64,000 bases of DNA from assembly GCF_001949145.1 (NCBI RefSeq), contig NW_019091355.1:5095518-5159517 (forward strand), read 5' to 3'. Both the position numbers and the translations under genes were made by a program. The notes under the pieces were generated by a model. It was given only the letters and a program-made list of their open reading frames with translations, had not been told where the DNA came from and made no database searches. This document shows, piece by piece, positions 20,400-63,699 of this stretch. Position 1 is the stretch's first letter. Each line of letters opens with the position of its first letter. This DNA is from Acanthaster planci. Taxonomy: Eukaryota.

Positions 20400-20521
20400 A
20401 TTCCTTCGCGACAGACTGAGGAGGCAGCGCACATCCCACATTGGACGCACGGAGTAAAGATCGGCTGACAGTCTCACTCACTGGATTTAATGGCACAAAT
20501 CTTTCTCTGCTGATGCATTCG
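20400..20521 (+). other. Probable first (mostly 5'UTR) exon of the opsin; may add M-H-S in frame
   Basis: A strong donor TCG|GTGAGT is at 20521/20522, and ATG CAT TCG (20513-20521) is in phase 0 with the next exon, which starts directly after tttttcgcag at 20991. The 5' boundary is not determined. Confidence 0.45.
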
Positions 20522-20990
20522 GTGAGTTATAAGACTGATTTGCCTCTAGCCTTTGGGGCATTTTCGTATAATCGTGTCTTTCTTGGCGGTGATGGAAGCG
20601 TAGAACAGGACCTGGTGCCAGTCCTCCACTCTAATATGACATCTAAATAAAATACAGCGGCAGATTGAAACCAGTTTGTTTGTTTTGTTTTGTTTATTTG
20701 GGTGTTTTTGTTGTATATCTACATGCAAATAGATGTGTGGGATCAGAAGATGCACGAGACATTCATCGCTTTTAGTGTGCCACATTGCTTATAGGCGATT
20801 TCAACTTAATCGAGCAACAACGTTACGAATTAACATGTAGCATAATTACATCCGCTAAGAGCCCTGGATCCTGATTATAATTAAGCTTCTACGTATCAAA
20901 GGGTCGAGTTTTGCGAATATTTATATGTACTTCAACAGACTTCTAAACGAATAAGACGGGGCTGAAGTTCACAACACTATTTTTTCGCAG

Positions 20991-23900
20991 ATGATGGACC
21001 ACTCCACGCTTTGGTCCGGGAGTATGATGCACGGCGGGTCCGCCTCGGCCGGCGACGGCGGGACGAGCTCTACCTCTGGTGTACAAATTTTACTGGGCAT
21101 TCTTATGGTCATTCAGTGTAAGTATCTTCAAGATTATCATTTTTTCCCCTAGATGTCTTGCTGCTTGATACGGGATGAGCAGCAAGTGCATCGTTTGGGA
21201 GTCCCATTTTTCTGTTTTCGTTTCACGTGCAACTGATCGTCTTTAATTAACAACTTAAGTTCATAGGGACATGAAAATATAGACCATTTCATTTCACAGA
21301 GATGAAGCTATTGTTGCGACTTTCACTTTCAGTTTTAGCTGGGATTTTTGGAAATTCTGTCATTCTGCGCATGTTCTGGAAATTCAAACCGCTAAGAACT
21401 TCCAGCAACACTATCCTCATCTTTCTTGTAGGAGCCAACTTGGGTAAGTACCAGTTCATGCATTTTACCCTGTCGATGTCACGGGCTGTGACTTTTGACC
21501 TCAGGCCCTATACATTTGTGAAGAGACTATGTTCATTCGATGAAATCTAGTTCACTCCGGCCGGGTGAAAGTCGCTGAAGGACCGTTTGGCACGAATGAC
21601 AGACACACTATACTACGTTTGCAAAAAGTATAACAACTGTTACAGAGAATCTTAACATCTGTTTGTGTTTACAGTATTTCTCACTTCTGTTAAGATTTTC
21701 AAACTCCATCAAGATTCCTATCGATTCGTATTGGATGCAAAAGGGGGATGTTGGACCATTTTTAATTGGGATTACATTTATAATTTCGGTCTTCTTCGAT
21801 CGGAAAGTATAAAGGACATTCTAAAACCCAACACTTTTAAATCTTGCGCAGTTCCCAATTTCCCTCTTTGACAATTGCTACAAGTCTGACCGGCATGTTT
21901 GGTTACCACTTCTAGCTCGCCTTTGTCCACAGTTTGGAACTCCATGATATCTGCTTTGAAAAAAAGTGGCTTGTTTCATGTAGATGTAATTTGAAATGTT
22001 TCAAGTCATTCTTGAGATTGAAAAACTGAAACCGTTCCAAGACGGTCTTCTCCAGAAGCTGATTTAAGCAATGCGTAAGTAATTCGAACCCGTACGACTG
22101 AACGGATTGGACGCATGCGTGCAAGCCTCGGCAACAAGAAGCTTACGCAACCAAATAAGTGCGTACAAAAATAAAAGATGTAGGGATGAGTTTTGTCTCT
22201 TTCGATTAAGAGATAATGAGGACTCCATGTTCGGACGTCACTTCTTGTCGTGTTATTCAGTTCTTCTTTTCTTGAAACACACAATCTCGAATGATTGAAA
22301 TTCTGCGGATCATCGTGTTTTTATTTCGCCGTGAGCTTGTCATTTTAAACGGGCGCTTCGCGGTCAATTTTATTACCATCTTTCGACAAATTTAATTAGG
22401 TTGGTTATGTGTCAAGACTCCAAAGAGATTATAAAGACGGCTTTGATGAACACCAGAGGTGTTAACTCTTCCCTCCAAACCGTGTTTATTGATTTTTTAA
22501 AAACATTTGTTTTATATATTATTCCAAACTTATTTCGACAAAAATGGTAAAAAGGCCCGAACATTTTATACTCGAAGAAAGCGCCAAACAGGACGGACTA
22601 ACGACCTAATTTCTGTGTCGTTCAAACAAGAACAAAAATGGTCCCACATTATGTTTCATCGGTGTCCGAACGTACAACATTAAGTTTCGCCTGCAGAAAC
22701 TTTCCTTGGGGAAAAAATTGGAGATCTTAGCTTGCATGAAGGCAGATGTTTTTCCCAGACCGTCTGCGGTACAAATAACCCTTGCCTCGGATTTGCAAGT
22801 CAATTTTGTTTGCGATAGATGGGCCAAATATTGAGGGAATGCATGGCATCAGAGGCTGGTATAAACGACTGTTTCCAGTGATGGGAGTCCACTGTCTTTG
22901 CGCGTTGTCAAGTCAGTAGGCCCTAACTGTTATTAGTTTGGGGACTCTGCGATGTCCGTCGTCAAATAATATCTGACAAAAGATAAAATTTCCATTTTTT
23001 CGTTCGAACTCACTCAACTGCCCTGAGTGTCTTGGCCAGACCGGCACAAGCAACTGCAAGGTTACTGGGTTTGAGAGTGGCACGAGACAAGAGCGTGATA
23101 ATAATGATGCAGGGGTGAAGAAGCGATTGATGGGAACGACAGATAGAGTTACCAGGGTTGTATGAGATTGCATTATTAGATAGGGATAGGGAGATTTGAT
23201 AGCAAGGTACCTCTGCGTAGACGGCTTCGGAAAATCACGAGACAGATAATTATTCGACGTCATTCTTTAAGGGAATATTTTTTCCATTTTGCTGTGAAGC
23301 TCGTCATTTCTAGTAGGTTTAAAGGTGTTTTGAAGTGAAGTGGATGGTAAATTTTGTTTGTTTTGACAGAGTAAGAAAGTAAATTAATATAAGAAATATA
23401 CGATGTGATTAAAGGAGGAACGTACGCACGCGGCACTTCATCCGTGTGTATCTAATTAATGTTACCTAATATTTTGGAATCGTCTCTCAAGCTGTTAATT
23501 ATCTGCCCTCCTTACCCAGGTATGTGTGTTTGCATCCCCTTCTCCGCTGCCTCCGTGCTGTCTGGCAGGTGGGTCTTCGATTTGGCTGGATGCAAATTCT
23601 ACGGCTTTGCCAGCATGTTCTTCGGTTTGGCGGTGATTGGACTTCTGACCTGCCTCAGTATCGATCGATATATTGTCGTCTGCCGACGAAGTCTGGGTAA
23701 ATTCAAAAGTCATTTTGGTGGGAAATTTGCTTTCGCTTCGTGTGGCATTTAACTTAGGCCTATTTCCGCTTTACAGAAATAATCGTTCCTTCCCGGGGCA
23801 ATTTTTTAAACCGTGCATACGGATATCTGTAGGACCTGTTTCACCGGTGGCATGTGGCGGGCTCGACCTCCTATACCCAGCAAGAAATGAGACCGAGGGG

Positions 23901-26600
23901 CACTCCCCCAACATGTCCAATCCCCATACACATTCCAGACTATTGTTACGTAACACATCCCCCAAGATGTCTGAAAGGAATTCCCCACATTCCTGCGAGA
24001 CAATGACCAACACAAAGCAGGGGGGGTTCTCTCCATCTCATACCTTGCTGCATATGTATCGACCTCCATGAAAAAACGTAGAAATATTTGGGTAGACATT
24101 CTCTGCATGCATGAGTTATACAAGCATTCTTTTGGCTGCAGAGGTCCAACCTTGCTAGTTCACAAGAAGAGAGCATGGCATTCAAAACGGTCCCCCATTG
24201 CCGTTTTATGGCCAGATAATGACAGCGGGAACCAGGCGGTCGACCCAATGCGTCTGTGGTCCACCAGTGACAGAATAGTCATGAACGGACCAACAGCTGT
24301 AGAGTTTCTACTTTTTCTCTAATATCTCTTGACTCAAACAACATTAGTATGAACATTGGTAATTGCGCATGCGCAACAGTATAGGGTCCCTATCAAAGCT
24401 GCCCTGTGTGAGCAGGGCTTTCACTTTTGGGAAGACAAAACTTGGCGTTTGGATGTTCATTCTTAGATATCATATAATTGCCACGGATGCTGACAATCAT
24501 TACAAGACCATGATCTTCCATTTAGAATTACGGGTTTGAATCGGCTGGGTTGGATGGTGCTGATTCATCCCAAAGTGGATCCCCCCACGACGGGTAACCG
24601 TGATGAAAGTAGACTTATACTGGCGTTTAAAATAATGACTGCCAAAATGGCGGAAATTGTGGCATTAATTGTCAGCATGGCAAGCCCCGAATTGCCTCCG
24701 AAAAATAGCAACGGTTCCCAAAATATTGAAAAGCCGTGTGTACTAGTTCATATGATGAGCTTGGTTGGTTTTCCCGTAATGTCTGGAGCCTACGCACCCC
24801 CCCCATTTAGACCTAGCGAGGGATATGATATGGCCTCAGGAATTGCTTATGCATGGTTACCATAGTGACGAAGTGATATGATTAGAATATGGCTGCTTTA
24901 TACAAATTGAATGCAGCCATACTGGACTCGTCTGGGTGCACTCACGATTGCAAGTCTGTTGATAGGCCTACAGGCACATTAAGCAGCGCCCCTTCCTCCC
25001 CTTTTTTCAGCCTCGTCACTGACTAAGACGCACTACATCTACATGTCTGTGGCAGCCTGTGTCAATGCTCTCTTCTGGGCTATCATGCCCGTCTTTGGCT
25101 GGGCTAATTACGACGAGATTGGCACGAGCGGCTGCTCCGTGGATTGGAGAAGGGGTGACGCCTCCTACATCTCCTATCTCTTCATCCTTTTCACGGTCAG
25201 TTACCACCTCAAAACACATCTCTTTTAAAATTTAAAACCGGTGTGACGTGGTCTATGAGCAACATGAATCAGACTGGAATCATCCAAGAATTAAACGATT
25301 GCTGGTAGGGTCAGGCCACGTAGGTCAATTCACTGTCGAATTGGTGCCTACAAATTTGTGTGGGAGGACAAAGTCATGGAAAGTTCACATCTGGTTAGCA
25401 ACAACGTTTACCTCAAAATGCAGCTAGCTGCGTGAGGTTGTTAACACTTTATCTAAATTCAAAATGTTTCTCCCAATTTCTAGTTTTGCTTCGTGCTCCC
25501 GGTTGTCACGATGGTGCTGTGTTTCGGCCGTACACACGCAGTGATCGTCAAGCGACAGCAAGTACACGACGCAACCAATCTCAGCGATCTTAGCCCTGTC
25601 AACGCAGACTGGGCCAGTCAGAAGCAGGTCACACAGGTACACTGTTGTGACGTAATTCTATTCACCCAATCGTCTGGCTGCAAAGTTTGACGTCGGCGTT
25701 AAGTGCCTGTTTGATCGATTACTAATACATTGGCTTTCTTAGATTTGCTTGACCCTACAAGAGCTGGGTAATTTTCACGGCCGGGGGCCGGGGGCAGGGG
25801 CGGTGGTAGGGGCGGATTCTGCTGTCCCAAGCCAGATTTTTTTTTAAAACTTAGCATGTATGTAAAGATACTCCTTATCAGTACGGACGAGTTTCAACTC
25901 AATCTGACATGAGTTTGTTACGGTCATTTAAAGTTCAATGCCACACACTTGTCATCCGCATGCATTGAGTACGACAGTTGGAAAGTAGGCCTATACATTT
26001 TTGGCTGATCTGCCTCGGAAAAAATGGGCACTGCGCAAGAACGGTATGTTTGATTTTCACAAAAAGATGTCAAAATGACCGCAAAGGGTATTAACTTAAA
26101 AATCCTAAAAGCTCGGATCATGAAAAAAGGCAGTTCAGCAATATCGGAAAAATGTCGGGGGGGGGATACGTCTCCAGTTCTTTCAGGCTTGATTTAACGA
26201 TTGATCAATCATAAATGGTGATAAGTTGATGGACCAGTGAGGAGTGTTAAAAACGAAGATTACCGCAGTATTCTTCTGAATAATCAACCGATGGACTCAT
26301 TTTTTTTTTCTACAGTTGGGCGTTGCTCTCATCATCATCTTCCTCCTAACCTGGTCTCCTTTTGCTATTATCTGCCTTTGGGGGGCGCTGGGCAACCCTT
26401 CCGACGTCCCCATCTGGTTGGCCACCTTGGCGCCCTTCGCGGCCAAGTGTTCCCCGGTCCTGAACCCACTTATGTTCCTCGTCTTCATCAAGAAGTTCCG
26501 CGAGTACGCCCAGGTGGTTCTCTGCTGCCGGACGCACGTGGAGACCATCGAGTTGACGCCCTCAACAGCCCAAGACACGCCAACTGAGGGTGAATTGTGA
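20991..26600 (+). CDS. RRH: Peropsin-type (RRH-like, chromopsin/tetraopsin group) opsin, about 345 aa, 6 coding exons
   Basis: Exons 20991-21117, 21333-21443, 23520-23696, 25011-25195, 25484-25636 and 26316-26600 are phase-consistent and total 1038 nt. 7TM motifs: GNSVI, LRTSSN, PFSAAS..GRWVF..GCKFYG, SIDRY, NALFWAIMPVFGW, CSVDWR, DWASQKQVTQ, WSPFAIICLW..GNP, APFAAKCS (Lys296 equivalent, codon 26445-26447) and KKFR. DWxxQxxVT, IxCLW and NxLFWAxMP are hallmarks of vertebrate peropsin as I recall it. Confidence 0.88.
25750..26197. mobile_element. Interspersed repeat (~450 bp, TTAA-flanked family) in opsin intron 5; second copy at 36729-37152
   Basis: Shares colinear blocks AGTTTCAACTCAATCTGAC, GGTCATTT.AAGTT, GCCACACAC, AATGGGCAC.GCG.AAGAA and TGTCAAAATGA with 36870-37100. 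Confidence 0.75.
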
Positions 26601-28802
26601 GAAAAGTTCCGTAGATCTGACAAAGTTGGTTGTTTATCCACTGATAAAAGACACAGAAACGTTTTCTTTGCAGTACATGATCATTCCGGAATTTTATTCT
26701 TCCTTTGTGAGTCAGCTGGTGTGACAAAAACCAAACAAACCAAGAAATGAATAAATAACTAAAAGAAATAATAAACGAAACCATGTTTATATGGAATCAA
26801 GTTCTACCACAAAATATAAACAAGACAACAAATGATACATTTATTTATGCGATACCTGTTTCCAAATCAGAAAATAGGCTGAAGTAAAAACAAACCGAAG
26901 AAAACAAAATGTTCAATACATCTGCATGGCCAATTATTTAGAGAAAAAGACAGAGACAAACTTGATAAATTTTTGAACCACTGCTAAACTCCAGTCTTGT
27001 ATGTTTCTGGCCTTTGTAGGAAAGTCATTCATTAAATCGTTCAAGGAAAAAAGGTGTGATTTATTGATGTTGCACTTGAGCACTAAACGTGGTGGATTTG
27101 TGTATTTTGAAAATTCAAGTGATCATTATATGCATTACAGTATAAGCATTTCTCAAGTTGACTGGTGAAATTAAACACAAGACACAGATCCGACAAAAGA
27201 ATAGACATCCAAGAGGGGCTTCATAGCATCTCTGTTACCATTTATTCCAGTGATGAGAGCAATCCTTGCAAACTATCCTGCTCAAGGACACAACCTCATT
27301 CGCTTCTGAAAACACAGCACAGCCATATATATCATATCCTCAGTGCTCTGACGTGTAATTTGTGTGAATTGTGGTGAAAGTGTTTCAAAATGTTCTGTAC
27401 CTTGCTTTGAGCACCAAAAAATACCTTTTGACACGCACAGTAAGTTTCAATTGATCGTTTTATTATCTATTAGTATAATGAACATGAGCCATTTCTGCAA
27501 TATCTAGACACAGTTGCACGGTACAATGACACTGACTCAACAAAAGGAGGTTCCCTTCCATTTTCCGGCAGAAAATATTTACAAAAGTCACGAGTTCAGG
27601 ATAACTAATTTACAAGTTTGTTTGTTTTTTTCCTCTTGTTTTTCCTTTTACAGTGTACTTTGTGAAGAACACGTTATAAATATTGCTTACCGTCAATGTA
27701 TTTTGATGGGTATACATGACTTTGATGTGACTAATAAATATAAATGGAATACTCTGCACAGTCAACACAACCGCGTGTCATTCCCGTATTTGGCTGATTT
27801 GTGACCTTTTCATATATGGGTAGTTAAGTCGGTGTGGGAAGGAGGCTTAACCAAATCCACCCTACAAAGTCTACAATACGTACTGTGAACGAGACAGACA
27901 TGGAACTCAACCATGGATGGCAACATATGAACCACCTCCACTTGTAAGCAAAGGTCCAAAACCTGCAAATATTCCGGCTGCCATCATTTCGAAACACTCT
28001 TTTTTAGTTAAAAACCAAATTGCCCCTTTAGGACTAACGGATACCCAAATCCCCTCATCTCACAGAACTGCATCTCCGAAAGTCTAACTCCTGCTCTGTC
28101 ATGAGTGCTGCAGCTTGGTAGTTTCAGAGGGGAAATGAATTCGATTCACTTCTGAAGAAGTAATGGAACATATTTAGTAACACTGAAACACTTGAATCAA
28201 TAGGTTTAGCACTGAAAGTGAACTGCAACAAAACCCAAGCAAACTGGTACGGGTGGAATAACTTACTTCCTCCAGAGAATTTGGTTTCTACTTTTTTTGC
28301 TGTGAGGACATGATGAAGTACGAAACTTTCCCCCCCCCCAATACATCTGAGTAAACAAATTGCTTGAGTAAACCTTATGTACCAACTGCTATCTTATCCT
28401 CTCCCTTAGATATCCGGGCTATGGTGTTATATTTGTTGGTACTTTGTAACCACGATTATTGATTCCTAACAATCATAAACATAGTTGAAAGTTCCAATGC
28501 ATTCGCACTGTATGGACAGTAAAATAACAAGTTTGAAATCTTAATCCATTCCTGGCAAGCCAGGAACTGGGGAACTGAATAACAGCTCATCCCTCAGGAT
28601 TTGCCATAATGAGCTGGCTGATCAATTACTGAAAAAGAATGCTTACCAACAATGGGCACAGTTTTAAACTTTAGTTAACTACTTTCGTCAAGGTGTATAT
28701 AATCTTTCGACCACAAGTATATGTCTGACTGCTGGTATCCGGCTACAGCAGCTTCCTTTTGCTACCACTTTCTCTGTAGCTGGTACCGTAAGGACCTTCT
28801 GT

Positions 28803-29404
28803 NNNNNNNNNNNNNNNNNNNNNNNNNNNNNNNNNNNNNNNNNNNNNNNNNNNNNNNNNNNNNNNNNNNNNNNNNNNNNNNNNNNNNNNNNNNNNNNNNN
28901 NNNNNNNNNNNNNNNNNNNNNNNNNNNNNNNNNNNNNNNNNNNNNNNNNNNNNNNNNNNNNNNNNNNNNNNNNNNNNNNNNNNNNNNNNNNNNNNNNNNN
29001 NNNNNNNNNNNNNNNNNNNNNNNNNNNNNNNNNNNNNNNNNNNNNNNNNNNNNNNNNNNNNNNNNNNNNNNNNNNNNNNNNNNNNNNNNNNNNNNNNNNN
29101 NNNNNNNNNNNNNNNNNNNNNNNNNNNNNNNNNNNNNNNNNNNNNNNNNNNNNNNNNNNNNNNNNNNNNNNNNNNNNNNNNNNNNNNNNNNNNNNNNNNN
29201 NNNNNNNNNNNNNNNNNNNNNNNNNNNNNNNNNNNNNNNNNNNNNNNNNNNNNNNNNNNNNNNNNNNNNNNNNNNNNNNNNNNNNNNNNNNNNNNNNNNN
29301 NNNNNNNNNNNNNNNNNNNNNNNNNNNNNNNNNNNNNNNNNNNNNNNNNNNNNNNNNNNNNNNNNNNNNNNNNNNNNNNNNNNNNNNNNNNNNNNNNNNN
29401 NNNN
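28803..29404. other. Assembly gap (N run)
   Basis: Run of N bases. Confidence 1.
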
Positions 29405-32400
29405 GCTGCGGGTGTCTCAGTTATTACACTAATGAGCTCAGTGTGTGTTCACTGGACACTCAGAAATCGACACTGGAAATTCAAGTCCATCATAAGTCCC
29501 TAATAAGTCTAGGCCCTACAAGTTTTTTCTATAACTGTTGAAGGCGATTGATCATTCCTTTTCTTTTGGATAACAGCTTTGTTTTATAAAACGGGTTGAT
29601 TTTTTTCTCACTGACTTTCACGCACGGTTGGATTAACAACAGGGATTTTGCTGCAAAGGCAAATGTAAACAAGTAATCACTACATCAATGAACTAAGGAA
29701 TTGAATAACAGTTGTGGGCTGGATCAAGGTCACAGGTCATCTAGCCTTGATTCAGGTGTTGAGATGAACTGAGTTCAAGTCATCCAGTTGCCCTTTCTCA
29801 TCCCTCATGACCTTGTGAACTCATATTAGATACACTGGCAGATCCAAGTGGGGAGGGGGGAGTAAACGGGCTATGCCCCTCCCTCCCACTTGAATTATTT
29901 TTGTGAATGATAAAAGTTGACTGTGGGGTTTATTTCATTTCCCTTTTACAAAAGTGACAGGCCATCAAAAGTGACATAAATAATTTCCGAATCTCCACCC
30001 CTCCTCCCAAAAATCTGCCACTCCCCCCTTAGAAAATGGTTGTGGATCTGCTCTTGCTGAGATATGGACTTGACTACATCCCATCACACTTAAGAAATTG
30101 TCTTGAAAAAGTTACAAGACAAGCACTATCGATACGCTGGAAAATACTGTACAATCATACAACTGCAGGTGCGACAGAACAAGCTCAGACTGCGCATTTA
30201 TGAGCCCTTACAAAAGTCCTCGGTGCACCACCCCAAGTATAATGTGTAAACACTGGCCACATCTCTAAACCCTTGGCATCAGTGTCAAATAATCCTGTCT
30301 TTAATTTTGATATGGAATGACATTATTGGCAATAGTTAGAACTTTAATATTCAAACCGAATGTTTGGATTGGAACAAAAAAAAAAAAATTTGAACCAAGC
30401 AACAATTTAAGTATAAAAAGAAAAAAGGACAAATGAAAGTAGTTGCCAATGGAAATAAACAATGCGTTACGACTTGTGATAATAAAAAGGTTATTGGCTT
30501 TGTCTTTCAATGCGTGTTTTCTGTGGAACAGAAAATATTTTGCAAATGAATATACTCTGCATAGAATAATACTGACAAATGTATAAACTAGCCAACAAAT
30601 ACAGGTAGGAACGCTGCAGAAGGACTTTGGTTATTTACCACTTCAAAAATTCCTCCTGATGATTACGACACGTGACTTATAGCTAGATCTTTGTGTGGGA
30701 GCTAATATTTACAGGTTAGCGTCACATTTTGTATACATTGTCAATCTTCACAAAAATAATCATATTCAAACAGTTACTTTGGAAAATATGAAAACAAAAT
30801 AAAGAATGTTTACTCTGACATATTTCTTTCACTTCTTCACTCACGGATTTCAACCATTCGCACAGTCCAGTGTGGCCTTTCATGATTGTAGTTTAAGCAA
30901 TAAATTCTATTAAATTTCTCAACAATATACATTTGTTTGACACTGACTTTGAAACTCCATTTCAGCCAGCTTAAAAAGACAAGGAAAAAACCTGTCCCAC
31001 AAAGATCCAAATAAGGGAATAATATACATCTTTACATACATGAATATTAATTACTTGATTAACCTACCATTAAGTAACATTGCACATGAATATTCAGCAG
31101 TACTGTACACTGGCTCCTATCTGCCAGGTAAGGGCACCATTCAAGATTAGGAACTATGCCATTTTGAAGAAAAAGTCCAAAAGTACATGTACATTGTACA
31201 TTTAGAAGTGAAGACTTCTCCCAAAAGTTAACCCAAAAGACCCATTTATTTCTCTCGCTCAAAATATTCAGAGAGAGTACTGCATACAAATGACTGACAT
31301 CTATCTGGTACTCAAATGGGACAACACTATCTATTACGATGAATATTTTGACATATCTCAGCTCCCACAGACCATCAGCCAAGTTATTCCATGTGTCATC
31401 TACTTGGTATAAAAAAACCCAGTTTTTAAAAATTTCATCATTAAGGCTAAGGTTATTTCGGTAAGAAACTTGGGCCCAAATACAAGATTACAGACTAGAT
31501 TTTGTTTGTAATCAATCATGCTTACACTAAACCTTGGAAGTTTCCCTGAAAAAAAAAAAGACTTTCGCTACCTCTGAGCTTTAACACTAACCATCTACTG
31601 TACAGTGCTGACAGGACAGGACTGCTGCCTTTATGTGCACACAACGTTCTGACTGTCTGTCTTTTGGCATGCAAAACTGACAAACACCAAATTCACATCG
31701 TTTCTCAGCGGTAACTATCCCCCTTGTCTCCAGCTTTTCAGAGGGGCCACAAAACATGAGTGGGTTGTAGTACCAGGTGACCCAATACTGACCAATCACA
31801 ACCGATTAGTTTACAGCCCACCACAAACGACTGAGAGGAATCTTCTCCACTTGGCAAGAGCAGACGTGATGCTTCCATTGGTCTTTTTTTGCGTAATACT
31901 TATATTATTTTGTTGCTATCCATACATATATATATACAATTTGTATACAATTTTACTTTTAATATACAACACGGCTTTGCTGCACAGTTTTATACAAGAG
32001 GAGACAGGTATCCCCTCTAAATACATGGCACCTTGTTTTTTTAATTCATCAAGTTAGTATACTTGGTTAGGGGGTTAACAGTTGCTTTTCCACATCGATT
32101 ATTACCTCGAGATATCAAATTCTTGACCATTGTCAAATTAAAAAAAAAAAAAAAATTTCAGGGTGCTCAGGAATTTTCAAGTTGAAAGGGACAAGGTCGT
32201 TAGCTGACCTCCGTCAAATGTTAAGTACCGGTAGAAGGACCTCAGTGTGAGCTCCAAGGTCATACTGGTAAGTGTAGGTGGCCATTAAAATGTCTCCAGT
32301 CTAATGAGGTAAAATCCTGGATCCCCCTCCCCCCGGAAAAAAAATCAGAATAACGATAATAACATTTTTTAAAATGCTATTTCACAGCGGCATGATGAAC

Positions 32401-32689
32401 AAACAGATGCAAATCTTCATATCCTGCCATCTCTATACAGAAGCCAAATGCACTGTAAGCACAAACACGGTATGCAGATTAGAGATACGTGGACCCGTGC
32501 ATGGGTGTATTATTATGCAAATGTGGGATTCTTTGTTTTTCTGTGCACAGAGCCAATATCTGACAAATCCCTTTGACTCTGGGTTCAACCGCTGTAAGTC
32601 TGTGAATGACACGGTAGGCTGCCATCTATTGTTTACAAGGTCATTGTCATTTGTCCTGTAATATGCACTTTTTTTTCCCACTCTAATGA

Positions 32690-32765
32690 TTAATGGGATT
32701 CGAACCCAGGACCACCAGTTTGTGAGACTGGCATCAAAGTAACTGGGGCACTCGACCACTTTGTG
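32690..32765 (-). mobile_element. tRNA-derived SINE head in the WDFY3 3'UTR
   Basis: GGGATTCGAACCC is the reverse complement of a B-box (GGTTCGAATCCC), and CACTCGACCACT is the reverse complement of an A-box-like sequence. Confidence 0.5.
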
Positions 32766-32869
32766 CAGACGCACTGGAAAACTGGAGTCTAATCTATACA
32801 CTACCTGGGTTTCTAGTCAGTGCTTAAAGTAACCATTGGTAACTTGTCCAACTGCTGGTGTCAGTCGGT

Positions 32870-62889
<30,020 letters not shown>

Positions 62890-63098
62890 CTACATATGAA
62901 AACAAAAACAACTCGGTTTCAAACATCAGAACATTAATGGCTTGAAACAGTAAATTTACATATAACAGCAACAACTTCGAAACGCTGTTGGTAAAGAATG
63001 TTAGGGGGAAAAAAACCAATATCACATGTATTAGTATCAGTAGAATGGAGAGTAATATGGAATGAGATGTCTGCATGCTCTGTTTACAAAGCAAGCAC

Positions 63099-63350
63099 AG
63101 CTGGGTAATTCCAGAAATTAAGGGTCCAAAAGTGTGACATTTTCGTGTCCCTGTTAATCTGACCTTTGTTATATGACATGGAAATATCACCAGCATTGAT
63201 TTCAAACTATTACTATTTGTTTGGCAGGTAATTTGCATTAATTCATCACTCTCGGAAATTAAAAAATGTGTTGTGAACTTACATAATTATATGTCAGATG
63301 TGACAGGGACACCAAAAAAATGGACCCCTGATTTCTGGAATTACCCAGCT
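63099..63350. mobile_element. MITE with long (~60 bp) imperfect TIRs
   Basis: Left end is AGCTGGGTAATTCCAGAAATTAAGGGTCCA..GTGTCCCTGT..ATCTGAC; the right end reverse-complements to AGCTGGGTAATTCCAGAAATCAGGGGTCCA..GTGTCCCTGTCACATCTGAC. Confidence 0.85.
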
Positions 63351-63478
63351 ACGAAGAACAAAAACGAGAACAAACACTGTAGATTGCAACTCAACTAATA
63401 TCCAAGGTACTGAACATGATACATGGAGACAAGGACATAAGTAAATGCAAACAGAATCATAACGCAATTGATATGTGA

Positions 63479-63699
63479 TTAACCCTAACCCCCCATGGGT
63501 TGCTGGCTGTAACCTTCCCCATTCACACAAAAATAAACACCCATAGGGGACTTTGTGCACAGAGGCTGGACTTTGTTCTTCTGAGGTGTGCCAAACCCAA
63601 TGCAAAAGCCAGCTGTTATGGGCCTACCAGACCTATCCCCACAGAATTAAACACTTTAGAACTGTTTAATTCTGTGTGGTTGGGGAAGGTTAGGGTTAA
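63479..63699. mobile_element. piggyBac-like MITE with CCCTAACC termini
   Basis: TTAA|CCCTAACCCCCCA ... TGGGGAAGGTTAGGG|TTAA. Confidence 0.7.

Noticed and set aside
26316..26600. Opsin considered as a lysine-less chromopsin (astropsin/gluopsin type) or a pseudogene
   Set aside because: The Lys296 equivalent is present, and all exons join in frame without stops.
28721..29503. Long ORFs across N runs (also 37297-37706 and 50481-51241)
   Set aside because: They are artefacts of translating assembly gaps.
32690..32765. Possible tRNA gene
   Set aside because: Only A/B-box remnants are present, without a cloverleaf. It is better explained as a SINE head.
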